A stretch of 64,000 nt of DNA, from contig QPGO01000182.1 of NCBI GenBank assembly GCA_008632985.1, forward strand, positions 62,001 through 126,000, written 5' to 3'. The notes below the pieces were generated by a model. It did no database searches, was not told where the DNA came from, and worked only from the letters and a program-made list of their open reading frames with translations. Below, in pieces: positions 1 to 11,670 of the stretch. Numbering within the stretch: the first letter of the stretch is position 1; the number at the start of each line of letters is the position of its first letter. The stretch is from Psammoneis japonica (lineage: Eukaryota). The translations under genes and the position numbers were made by a program.

Positions 1-1590
1 TGGTCACATGCTTGCAACATGACTGGCACATCTGGCGAGCGGCTTCACAAGCCACAGTGGCACTGGCGGGAGACGTCGCAGTTTCCTGGGATCAAGGTTC
101 CTTCTTCAAGGATGGGCTTCATGTCAAAGACACCGGTGAAGTGGACACAGCAGCACCTGCTGAATCCGCCAACACAGTCGGCGCCATTGCCAGCCTTGCA
201 CCACAAAATCTTGATGGGACAAGGGAGATGGTCGTAACGATTCTGCATCTTTTCTTCAAAGCGCTTGCAGTCAAACTGCGAGAGGCTCTTGAAGATCTTG
301 AACGTGAAAAAGCCAACCTCCTTGGCCTTGGGGACGTTGAGGTGACGTTCATTTGGCAAGGTGACTGGAGCAACCTGAGTGGAGTCAAAAGCAACCTGTG
401 ATCTGTTTGTCCCTCCAATGCCACGAACCAAAAAGTCAAAAGCTTCGAGATCCAAGAGATGCTGCTTGGTGATTCCAATGCAAGCACCAAAGTCGAAGTC
501 ACGGCTCATGACTTCGTCCACCGTGCGACCACCGAGCTCGGGCCACTTCTTGACTCCACACAAATGCTCGACGGCTTCATCGAGAGCTTTGTCAGACATG
601 CGCCGACCGCTGGCAGCAATCTGGATGTTCATCTCGTCAATCTTGCGGCAAGTGCTCTTGCGACGGCGAGATTCGCGGCAACTCATGTTGGTCTTTTTCA
701 CGAAACTCACCATTGTCACTTAGACGCTGGCGCTTGTTGGACTCGTTCAAGTTGGCAATCCTTTCGCATCCATCCTGCAGCTGAGTCGACTTGGTGCAAT
801 CAATGCTCTTGGTTCCAATGCTGCCGACGGTGCCATCGCAACGTTCGACAGCCGCCATGTCCACCTTGGCAGGAGCAAGTTGGGAGATGCGCGATGTCAT
901 GGCTTGACAGAGAGCTTTGTCGTTCGGTGGGGTGACACCAAAATGCTTGTAGACGGTCTTGGCAGATTCAACAATTGCGGTGATTTCCGACTTGGGTTTG
1001 TTGCGACGTTGCGTGGTGGGGTCACGCCACTTGAGATCGAGCATGGCAACAACATTGAGAGCGTCAAGATGACTCATGAGTCCAATGCTTGCACGCAGGA
1101 TCTCCAGCCAAGCCAAGAATGGTGGGAGGGTGCGTCTTTCCATCAATTTCCTTGACTCCCTTGATTTCCTGTGGTGGGAAATTGAACAGCTTGGCACACT
1201 TGTTGACACCGGCTTGCGTCAGCTGACCGCAGACGGAGACAGCACGCAGTTTCGCTTTCTCTTCTTTGGTGTGCGGGCGCGGCTTGGTCATGGCAAGTTG
1301 CTGTGTTTTTTGCTTTTGCTGTTGCTGCGGCTGTTGTTTGTGCTGATGGAGTTGTGTTGTGTGTCGGTGTTGATTGTGGCGGCCGCGGCAAAATTCGCTG
1401 CGTTGTCTTTGCATGATGGAGAAGCGCCGTTCAATCCAGTGCGGCGCTCCACCTGCTTGTCACACTTGGACGCAGGCTGCGCATTCCCGTCGGCACAAAA
1501 TCCCCGCCAAAGGGATTTTTGAATCGACCAGCACTGAGGTGCTGTGCGATTGAATGCGCACTGGCCATCTTGTTGGTTGTGGCAGCAATT
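1..1590 (-). pseudogene. Copy 1 of a tandemly repeated gene of unknown function, TpA-hypermutated and frameshifted
   Basis: Overlapping minus-strand ORFs (1064..1414, 637..1209, 45..719) join into one protein (MTKPRPHTKEEKAKLRAVS...GVKKWPELGGRTVDEVMSRDFDF...). Homologous to 2448-3975, 3973-4620 and 10620-11670. Confidence 0.6.
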
Positions 1591-2374
1591 CTACGCGCGG
1601 GTTCCGCTGTTGCGTCTTTCCCGCCAAGAAGTTTTTTGGACCAACCGCGTGGTTGCTCGTGGTTCTGTCACGGAGTCATCAATTCATGGTTGTGTTTGCA
1701 TGGAAGAATTGACAAATCTCATCATTCGTTTTACGCTGTTGGTTGCGAAAGAGTCGTTGTCATGGTCGTCACACATGTCGGGCTTGGTGTGGTTCGTTTT
1801 TACCAAACTTCAGTCTTTTCGGTTTTAGGTGACTGTGCTTTCACCACTTTAGAATGATGTTTCTTTTGACTTTGTGCGCGCATGGCATCTCATTCTTTGT
1901 GCTGTGTGTGTAAAATGCACTCTCCAATGCAAGGTTTCATCAGTGTGGTGGCAGGACTCGACCATCAGTGAGTGCGAGGTGGCGGTTTTGAACTGGCGAT
2001 AAAGTTGGTGCATGATGGACGCCATCGTCGGCACGACTGGTGATGCTGGGAGGACACCTGCCATTGTGCATCTGAGTTCAACTCTGTCGCAACATTGGCC
2101 GGTGTGATGGCCTCTAGAGCAGAGTGGAAGGGCAAGACCAGCCAATCTCACGGCACCTGTTAAAGGAAATGGCAAGCAAAGAATGAACGGCGACTGTCAT
2201 GTGAACGCGAACCTCATTTCACTGATCCTTTGCGCCTTTTCCAAATGACAGGAGCAATTTCATCAAATCAACTGCAGTTCTGCAGCACTTTGCATTCATT
2301 GCAATCCCACAAGAGGACCGCCTTGCCAAGGGGAAAGCCACGAGTTTACTGAGAAATGTTTTTGGCCAACACAA

Positions 2375-3975
2375 ATGATGAACAATCCAGCGCCACACGT
2401 CGGCAATGTGTCTGGCAGTCAAAATGATGGAGCACAGCAATCAAACGTGGTCACGTGCTTGCAACATGGCCAGCATGTCTGGCGAGCAGCTTCACAAGCC
2501 ACAGCAGTGCTGGCGGGAGACGCCGCAGTTTCCTGGGATCAAGGTTCCTTCTTCAAGGATGGGCTTCATGTCAAAGACACCGGGAAGTGGACACAGCAGC
2601 ACCTGCTGAATCCACCAACACAGTTGGTGCCATTGCCAGCCTTGCGCCACAAAATCTTGATGGGACAAGGGAGATGGTCGCAACGATTCTGCATCTTTTC
2701 TTCAAAGTGCTTGCAGTCGAACAGCGACAAGCTCTTGAAGATCTTGAAGGTGAAGAAACCAACTTTCTTGGTGTTGGGGACATTGAGGCAGCATCCGCTT
2801 GGCAAGGTGACTGGAGCAACCTGAGTGGAGTCAAAAGCAACCTGTGATCTGTTTGTCCCTCCAATGCCACGAACCAAAAAGTCAAAAGCTTGAGATCCAA
2901 GAGGTGCTGCTTGGTGATGCCCACGCAAGCACTGAAGTCAAAGTCACGGCTCATGACTTCGTCCATCATGCGACCACCGAGCTCGGGCAATCTGGATGTT
3001 CATCTTGTCAATCTTGCGGCAAGTGCTCTTGCAATGGCGGTGCTCGCAGCAACTCATGTTGGTCTTTTCACGAAACTCACCATTGTCACTTGAATGCCAG
3101 CGCTTGTTGGACTCGTTCAAGTTTGCAGTCCTTTCTTTGTGTGTGTCCTGCAGCTGTGCCAACTTGGTGCAGTCAATGCTCTTGGTTCCGACACCACCAA
3201 CGGTTCCATTGCAACGTTCGACAGCCGCCATGTCGTCTTGGTGGAAGCAAGTTGCAAGATGCATGGCATTGTGGCTTGACGGAGAGCCTTGTCATTTGGA
3301 GGGGATGTGTCAAAATGCTTGCAGACGGCCTTGGCAGATTCAACAATTGCAGTGATTTCCAACTTGGGTTTGTTGCAACGTTGAGTGGTGGGGTCGTGCC
3401 ACTTGAGATCGAGCATGATGACAACGTTCAGAGCATCAAGAGAAGTCCAATGCTTGTGCACAGGATTGCCAACCAAGCCAAGAATGGTGGAAGGGTGTGT
3501 CTTTCCATCAATTTCCTTGATGCCCTTGATTTCCTGTGGTGGGAAATTGAACAGCTTGGCATGCTTGTCGACACCGGCTTGCGTCAATTGACCGCAGACG
3601 GAGACAGCATGCAGTTTTGCTTTCTCTTCTTCAGTGTGCGGGCATGACTTGGTCATGGTGTGGTTGTGCTGCTGTTGCGTTGTTGGTTTTGCCATCGCTG
3701 CCACTGTTGTTTGTGTTGATGGAGTGTTGTTGTGTTGTGTCGGCTTTGATTGTGGCAGCCGCGGCAAAATTCGGCACGTTGTCTTTGCACGATGGAGAAG
3801 AGCCATTCAATCCAGCACGGCGTTCCACCCACTTGTCACACTTGGATGCAGGCTGCGCAGCCCAGCCCCGTCGGTGCAAAATCCCTGCCAAAGGGATTTT
3901 TAAATCAAAATGCGCTGAGGTTCTGTGCAATTGAATGCACACTGGCCATCTTGTTGATTGTGGCAGCAATTCTGT
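2375..3975 (-). pseudogene. Copy 2 of the same tandem unit, with an internal deletion and more CpG loss
   Basis: From 2448 the sequence aligns with position 1 onward (tggtcacgtgcttgcaacat vs tggtcacatgcttgcaacat) and gives the same translated motifs. Confidence 0.65.
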
Positions 3976-4620
3976 GATCTGTTTTTCCCACCAACACCAT
4001 GAACCAAACAGCCAGAAGCTTTGAGATCCAAGATGTGCTGCTTGGTGATTCCAATGCATGAACTGAAGTCAAAGTTGGGACTCACAACTTTGTTGATCAT
4101 GTGACCGCCAAGCTTGGGCCACTTCCTGACCACACAACTGAACTCAACGGCTTTGTTTAGATTGTTGTCAGACATGTGCCAGCTGCCAGCAGCAATCTGG
4201 AAGTTCATGTCATCAATCCCATGGCATTGCAGCAATTCTTGGTCATCTTGGTGCAAAACTCACCATTGCAACTTAGACACTGGCACCAGTTGGACTCACT
4301 CAAGTTTGCAATCTTCTCCTTGTGCCCACCACTCAGCAGAGTTGGCAGAGCACAATCAGTGCTCTTGGATTTGATGCCACCAACAGCTCCAACACTTGAC
4401 AGAGAGGCTGCACAAGTTTTTGTTGGGTCAATTGAGAGATGTGCAAATTCATGGCTTGACAGAGATCTTCATTTGGAGGTGGTGGGTCAAATTTCTTGCA
4501 GACAACCTTGGCGGAATCAACAACAGGGCTGATTTTGGACTTGGGCTTGTTGCTGCATTGAGTTGTGGGGTTGCACCACTTGAGGTCCAGCATGACGACA
4601 ATGAGCAAATGCAGTCATGC
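3973..4620 (-). repeat. Partial, more degraded copy 3 of the tandem unit
   Basis: ctgtgatctgttt...gaacca...agcttt..gagatccaag resembles 396-460. Translated VVRKWPKLGG and VVMLDLKWCNPTTQ. Confidence 0.6.
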
Positions 4621-4655
4621 TGTTGCTGAATGTGTTGTTTGGCAAAGACCATCAC

Positions 4656-5085
4656 TGTCGCCAACACAGAGGGTGGCATGGAATAACCTCACAATTTCTA
4701 GAACCTGTTGTTTGCCGTGCCAACACTTTCTATCGTATCTTGTCAAATTCCTAGAGACTGCGGCACAAATTGCTCACTTTGTCAGAGCCAATGATGTCTC
4801 TCTTTGTTCTGTAGCCTGGAACGGGCAATGGCCCAGCGGCCATTCTATCGATTTTTGCGGCAAGCGCCATGGTCCATGGACGCTCGCACAATCGAAATTG
4901 TTCACTGTAAATGTGATGCAGTTGTGGGCATGAACATGTTTCGCTCGTTGGACCTGAGCGATGCACAACGGAAATTAATCGTTGGGAACAATCAAATGCA
5001 CGCGCAATGCTGACACATGCTGGGACATGTTGAGCATGGAACCATTGAGGGAAATTGATGTTCCGTTAATTTGCCGATTTCAACA
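4656..5085 (+). repeat. Possible 5' LTR/leader of the copia element
   Basis: TG...CA-bounded segment just upstream of gag that keeps TpA and CpG, unlike its flanks. There is no second LTR to confirm it. Confidence 0.35.
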
Positions 5086-6637
5086 TCGTTGGTTGAGCCA
5101 ACTTTTGCTGTTGGCGATCGCGCACCGGGTGCACGATGGAAACACACCACGACCTCACTTTTCTCGTGAAAATCGAAACAAAACACGCACACACGCACAT
5201 CAAACCTCTGACGAGGCCATTTCGACAGCTGCCGCCGTCGCTTTTAATGCAACCCTTACCCGGATCGGGTTCAACGCTGCTGCCAGGGCCTGCATTGTGG
5301 CGCAAGGGGTCAACGATGCTGATTCCTGCCACCAGATTCCACTGTCTGAGGTTGGGGACATGGACAAGGGGTTCATCAAGGACACTGTTGACGACCCAGC
5401 CACACAGTTCCCGCACCTGTCGATCAGGAAGTTCAAGGCATTTCGAGCTTTTCTAGATCATCAGACGACACGTGGGGAACCAAGGCAGGCCCAAGCTTTT
5501 AACGACGCCGCTGTCACTCGTTGGACGGAACGTTTGAGTGAGTTGTCAAATGTCCAGAAGGACAAATCGGATGACGACTCTCCAAGTGCTACACCTCTGA
5601 GTCAAATGCATGACTTCCACAGTTGGGACGAGCTGTTTAGGACCGAGCTCCAGCACCACAGCAACGCTGTTACGGGCGTCCCACTTTTGCACATCATTTG
5701 CGAGACTTCGGATGTCACCGATGAGGTGCACAATGCCACTCACTCCAACGTCGATGAGGACCTCATAGCTGCCACGATCCACCAAGGGACTTCATGCAAA
5801 ACTGACAACAAGCGGGTTTGTGATCTCTTGAAAAAGCTGATCATTGATGGGCCAGGGTGGGCCTTTGTCAAACCATCCAACCACGCAAGGAATGGGCGCG
5901 AGGCTTGTCTTGCCCTGAAGAGGCAGGCGGAAGGCTCTGCTGCGACTGCTGCTCACAAGAACTGCGCGTGCGCTCAAATCGCTGCCACAAAACATGCTGG
6001 ACGCGGTCGTCACATGTTCGACCAGTGTGTCACACGTCACCAGAAGGCACACAACGACCTCCTCGACTTGGGAGAGCCGGTGGCAGAGACCAAGAAGGTC
6101 TTGGATTTCCTGAAGGGAATCACGGACCCAAGGTTGGAGACCGGGAAGAGCGTCGTGGATGGCGACAAGGCAAAACTCTCCAACTTTGAGTTGTGTCAAC
6201 AGTGCATGAAGACACTGGTCAAAAACTTGAAAAATCGGGCGTCGGAACACCGCCAAATCATGGCATTGGAACGAGACAATGCCAGGAACAGGAACCAAGG
6301 CCGTGGAAAAGGCAAGGGCAAAGACAAGCCTCGGATTGGGGCAGGCCACTGTCCCAAGGAAGAGTGGGATGACCTTGACCAAGAGGAGAAGGCCGAAGTC
6401 AACAAGCTCCGAGAGAAGAAGAAGCGTGAGAAGGAACGCCGAGCTGCTGCTCTGAAGACGGAGGAAACCAAAGAACCTTCAAGGAAACTTTCTAAGGTGA
6501 CAATCACTGATCCCAAGGACGTTGAAAAGGATGAGACCCCAAAGGAAAAAGGGGGTGCCAATGCTGGGAATCAGTTCGGACGCGGAGCGCACAAGCCTGC
6601 GGCTGCAACTGCTGTTGAAGCCGAGAAAAAGGAATGA
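4982..6637 (+). CDS. Copia gag-like ORF, hypermutated; true start probably near 5200
   Basis: Motifs GVPLLHII, DNKRVCDLLK, NGREACLALK and KKVLDFLKGITD match diatom copia gag with Y->C/H changes. No Tyr seen in 551 aa. Confidence 0.8.
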   Translation: MGTIKCTRNADTCWDMLSMEPLREIDVPLICRFQHRWLSQLLLLAIAHRVHDGNTPRPHFSRENRNKTRTHAHQTSDEAISTAAAVAFNATLTRIGFNAAARACIVAQGVNDADSCHQIPLSEVGDMDKGFIKDTVDDPATQFPHLSIRKFKAFRAFLDHQTTRGEPRQAQAFNDAAVTRWTERLSELSNVQKDKSDDDSPSATPLSQMHDFHSWDELFRTELQHHSNAVTGVPLLHIICETSDVTDEVHNATHSNVDEDLIAATIHQGTSCKTDNKRVCDLLKKLIIDGPGWAFVKPSNHARNGREACLALKRQAEGSAATAAHKNCACAQIAATKHAGRGRHMFDQCVTRHQKAHNDLLDLGEPVAETKKVLDFLKGITDPRLETGKSVVDGDKAKLSNFELCQQCMKTLVKNLKNRASEHRQIMALERDNARNRNQGRGKGKGKDKPRIGAGHCPKEEWDDLDQEEKAEVNKLREKKKREKERRAAALKTEETKEPSRKLSKVTITDPKDVEKDETPKEKGGANAGNQFGRGAHKPAAATAVEAEKKE

Positions 6638-6736
6638 AAGATTGCGCCGACGAGCAAGGACGACAACTTTGTAGAAGTTAAAATAGAATCTTGAATTGAT
6701 TCTCACGTCACTGCTTCTGTCGGCACCAACAGAAAT

Positions 6737-9700
6737 GTGTCTGCACCTTTCGCCAAATCCTTAAGGCGCACTGCCTTGGTCGACACCGATGCAAGCAATG
6801 GCTCCTTTTTCAACGAGCTGGACACGCACACTGACACTTGCGTTGCAGGATCTAGCTGTGTTCCCTTCTCAGATCCCTCCTGCACTGTTGCGGCACATCT
6901 GCACTCAAGCGAATGTGACCCGACAAGGAACATCCCGATGCAGACAGTTGCCACTGTCTGGGTTGACCCGAGTTCCAGCCAGCCATGTCTCCTCATCTTG
7001 AATGAGGCTTTGCACTTTGGGGACAGAATGAAACATTCGCTGATGTGTCCCAATCAGCTCCGTGCTGACGGCTTGACGGTGCATGATGTGCCGAAACAGT
7101 TTGACAGCTCCAGCACTCATTCAATCACCTTCCTGGACTCTAAGGTCCGGATCCCATTGCGACTTGATGGGGTTGTTTCTGCTTTCGAAACAAGCAAACC
7201 GACAGAAGATGACCTTGAAAACTTGCCTGGGCTTGAATTAACCTCGCCCCTTGAATGGGAACCAAGCTCCAACGAGTTCACACAAAAGGAAAACTCAATC
7301 AAGACTGCACCTCAAAGGGTGGCAGGGCTTGGCCATTCCCCAGGGCAGAGCCCAACAAGGGAATGCAGGGACAACAACATGGTGCATTGCATTGCGTCCG
7401 TTAGATCCTACAATCAAGCTTTCAACAGCAACACCATAGCAGCTGGGGATGATGACCTTGAACTCCACAAGGCTCTTGTTTCTGAGGTGAGTGCACAGCA
7501 CCTTGATGCAAAAGGAGATGGATTGCATGACGGGTGCGACATCAATGTTCACGAGGATCATGAGGAGAGACTGCGCGTCTGCGCACTCTCCACAACTGAG
7601 AGCAGGGGCACTCTCACCCCTGAGATTCTGTCTAGAAGATGGGGCATTGGTCTCACTGCCTCCAAGAACACTCTGAAGGTTGCTGCCCAAGCTGGAGTGC
7701 GGAACGTCCATGTGCCCTCAGAAAGGAAGGTGCGGAAAAAGGCACCCTGGCTCAAGTTCCCGAGCATCAAGGACAGGTTCTATGTGGACCAAATGTTCTC
7801 GACTGTGAAATCTATACACGGGGACGTGGGTGGTTCCACATTTACGAATGGTTGTGGATGCGACTGCTTCCATCCATGGAAATCAAAGGGAGATCAGCCC
7901 AATGCAACTGTGTCGTTTGTGCATGACGTGGGTGTCCCGATGGAAATCGTGTGGGATGGGGCTTCTGAGCTCACCGATGGACGCACGAAGGAAATTTGTG
8001 AAGAGTGTCGAATCAAACAAGGGGTCACTGTCCCTCACAGTCCATGGCAGAACTTGGCCAAAGCCTCCATTCGCGAGCTAAAGAAGAAAGTGCGGATTGC
8101 AACAAGGCGTGCGAACGCACCAAAACGCTGCTGGTCCTACTGTGCCAAGTGGGCCACGGCCATCAGGAGGCTCACAGCCTCTGAGCATCCAGAAATGGAT
8201 GGGAAAGTCCCCGAAGAGGACATTGCGGGTTCAACGCCAGACGTCTCAGCTCACGCCCTCTTTGACTGGCACCAGCCGGTGCACTTTATGATGCCTCAGG
8301 CAAAATTTCCCTTTGAAAGGAAGTGCATCGGGTGCTGGTCAGGTGTCACAGAAAACTGGACAGACAACATGGCATTTGCAATCCCACCTGAATCAGGTGC
8401 ACCTCTCATTTGGAAGGATGTGTGGGCTCTGCCTGAGGATGACCTAAAGACTGACGCGATTCGGCAAAAGATTGAGCAACTCGATGCCAGTCTTGAACTT
8501 AGGCTGGGGGACGGTAAGGAAGGGAATGACAAGTTCCCAGAACCACCCGAAGACCTGTTTGGCAACGAAGACGCCAATGCAGAGCCGTTTGAAGAAGATG
8601 CAACTCATCCAGCAGCAGACGATTTCATGCCGGAGGCAATGGATGAGCATCTAATGGCAGAACTCAGGCTCCCACGAGGTGGTGAGCTACAACACGCAAA
8701 AGTCATTGCTGGGGAGCGCGATGCAGACGGGAATCCGACAGGGAAGTGGCACGAAAAGCCTGTCCTTGATTCGAGGCTTTACGAGGTAGAGTTCCCGGAC
8801 AGATCTGCCGATGCGTTCACGGCTAATTTGATTGCCAAGAACATCCACTCCCAGGTTGACGGAGAAGGACGATCTTGCCAGATTGTCAAAGAGATTGCAG
8901 GTCACCAAAGTGACACGCGTGCAGTGCACAGGGATGATGGTTTCTTTGTCACAAAGAGCGGCACGCGCAGACCCCGCCGAATGACGATTGGCTGGGACTT
9001 GCAATTCGAGTGGAAAGATGGAAGCACTAGTTGGCTCCCTTTGTCGGAAGCTGAGGAGTCCTTTCCCGTCCAAGTCACGGAATGCGCTGTCGCAAATGAG
9101 ACAGCGAGCAAGCCAGCATTTAACTGGTGGGTTCGAGACGTGTTGCGTCGTCGAGCCAGGATGGTCATGAAAGTCAAGACCAGGCACTGGAAGCGCACCC
9201 ACAAATTCGGCATTGAATTGCCAAAATCCGCAGAGCAAGCCTTGACACTGGACGAACAATCCGGGCTCGACCCATGGGGAAAGGCAATTGAGAAGGAAAT
9301 GCGCAATGTAATGCCAGCCTTTGAATTTGTCGATGACGACCAGATGCCGGTCGGATGCAAGGAGATCAAATGCCACATGGCATTTGATGTCAAGTCGGAC
9401 TTGACTGGGAAAGCGCGACACGTGGCCGGAGGCCACATGACCGACCCACCAAAAGAATCGACTCATTCTAGTGTGGTCTCATGCGACAGCGTGAGGACAG
9501 CTCTTATGATGGCAGCTCTGAATGACTTGGAAGTCATGTGTGCCGACATTCAGAACGCTTGTCTGAATGCACCAACAAAGGAACGTTGTCACACGATTGC
9601 TGGCCTGGAATTTGGCAAGCAGAATGTCGGTCGACCCATTAAGATTGTTGGAGCTCTGTGGACCAAAGAGTTCTGGCGCTGCTTTTAGGGAACATGTGGC

Positions 9701-10195
9701 AGCGGCGCTAAGGCCAGCAGGTTTCACTTCTAGCAAGGGCGACCCCGACGCATGGATGCACAAGAACACTGAGCCGGATGGCTTCAAGCACTGGGAACAT
9801 GTGCTTGCACATGCAGACGACTTGCCAGTTGTCTCGCACGAACCCCAGAAGTTCATGGATTGTGTGGCTTTGAGACATGTGCTAAAAGAGGGAAGCATCA
9901 AGGAACCGGAAGAGCACCTTGGTGCCGAGGTGAAAAAGTTCCAACTATCTGACTCGGACGGCAAGACACGTTGGGCCCTTTCATCTGATTTGCATGTCAA
10001 ACGGGCCATTGCCGACATTGAGTTTGAACTCGGCCATGCAGGCCGGGGACTCAAGAAGAGAGTCACCATGCCGTTGAGCTCGGGGCATTGCCCTGAGCTT
10101 GACGCTACGCAGCTGGACACCCGGAGGGCAACTTGCTTCCAGGGACTCATTGGCGTTTTGCGTTGGATGGTGGAAGTGGGGCGCATTGATGTTTT
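6737..10195 (+). pseudogene. Copia pol (protease, integrase, reverse transcriptase), frameshift near 9655
   Basis: Protease ELDTHTDTCVAG. Integrase FYVDQMF / VWDGASE / PWQNLAKASIRELK. RT FDVKSDLTGKARHVAGGH, ADIQNACLNAP, KSSGAAFR and EHVLAHADDL (YVDD position). Confidence 0.9.
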
Positions 10196-11670
10196 GCTCC
10201 ATCAAGAAGTTTTTTTTACACCACACAGTTGCTGCACATGCTGGTTCCGGACACAGAAACACAAATTCATGGTTGTCTCTGTGGAGGAAACAGATCAGCA
10301 AGAGCTGGTTTTGAGCGCATCTGACAGCATGAGGAGTGTTGCTTTGGCTCATGTGCCAGTGGGTGACTTCAGGTCTGAATGGCATTTTGTTTTTCATCAT
10401 TCAGCGTGTGTGTCACTTTGACAGCTTTGCTCTTGATGTGCGTGTGTGCATGCTTGTGTGCGGCAGTCACAGAAAATGTGATGCACTCAGCATTGGTTGT
10501 TTGTGCTGTGTTTTTTGTGTCTCTTGTTGGTTGGTCACAGATGTGAGGGATGCTGTGAGAAGCAGCTGCAACACAGTTGACGTGATGGCAGTCTTGGGCC
10601 TGCCAGCAGCACAGCCCAACATGGCACATTGGCAACATTTCTGGCCACCACAATGGTGCTCAACAACCCAATGTTGTTGCACACTGGCAATGTGTCTGGC
10701 AGTCAAAATAATGGAGTGTGACAATCAAACATCTTGCATCAGCAACACATCTGTCAAGCACCAGCACTTCACAAGCTGCACTGGCACTCATGGAAGGAGA
10801 TGTTGCAGCTTCTTCCTGGGGTCAAAGTTCCATCTTCAAGGGTGCACTTCATGTCAAAAATGCTGGCAAAGCAGACACAGCAGTGCTTGCTGAATTCTTG
10901 AACACAGCCACAGCCAGCACCAGCAGCAGCAACCTTCTACAAAGTTTTTGCAGCCAAAGGGAGATCATGGTCACAGCAACTTGTGCATCTTCTCTTCAAA
11001 ATGCTTGCAGTCAAACAGTGACAAGGCTCTTGAAATCATTGAATTTGAGAAAGCCAACCTCCTTTGCCTTGGGGACATTGAGGCAGCTTCCATTTGGAAA
11101 GGTGACAGGAGGAACCCAATGACAGCTGGGAGAAATCACTGATTTGTTGTTGCCACTGTAACTCCATGAACCAAAACCTCAAATGCTTTGTGATCCAGGA
11201 CATGCTGCTTGGTGATTCCAGTGCATCCAAAGTTGAAGTTGGGTCTCATGACTTTGTCAGCCATGCAGCCACCAAGCTTGGGCCACTGCACAACTTTACA
11301 CAGATGCTTGACAAGATCATTGAGATCTTTGCCAGACATTTGCTGACTGCCGGCAGCAATCTTGATGTTCATCTTGTCAATCTTGTGTGGCAAGGAGACT
11401 TGTGGTGGCAGGACTCATGCATCATGAGTGTGCTTGTTGGATTTGTTCAAGTTCACAATCTTTTCCTTGCATCTGCCATGCAGCTGAACCAACCAAGTGC
11501 AGCCAATGCTCTCAGATCTAATTTTTTGTCAATGGCTCCATCACAATGGCACTTGACAGCCACCTGTGCCACCAACCTTGGCGGGAGTCAATTGTGAGAT
11601 GCATGGTGTCATGGCTTGATGGAGAGCTTTGTCGCTTGGAGGGGCGGGCATCAAAAAATGCTTGCAAATG
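10195..11670 (-). repeat. Copy 4 (spacer plus gene remnant) of the tandem unit, highly degraded
   Basis: 10195-10280 resembles 1615-1700. 10680-11670 resembles 2400-3330 (KVVQWPKLGG, GITKQHVLD). Confidence 0.6.

Larger units (their letters stand above)
4656..10195 (+). mobile_element. Ty1/copia LTR retrotransposon (diatom CoDi-like), 3'-truncated within RT; no RNase H or 3' LTR seen
   Basis: gag followed by pol in PR-IN-RT order. Sequence homologous to the tandem-unit spacer resumes at about 10195. The left boundary is tentative. Confidence 0.88.

Noticed and set aside
4982..10195. Alternative genetic code or ADAR-type RNA editing as the cause of Tyr loss
   Set aside because: Neighbouring genes use Tyr normally. 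Changes occur on both strands, in one LTR only of the gypsy pair, and in a DNA transposon.
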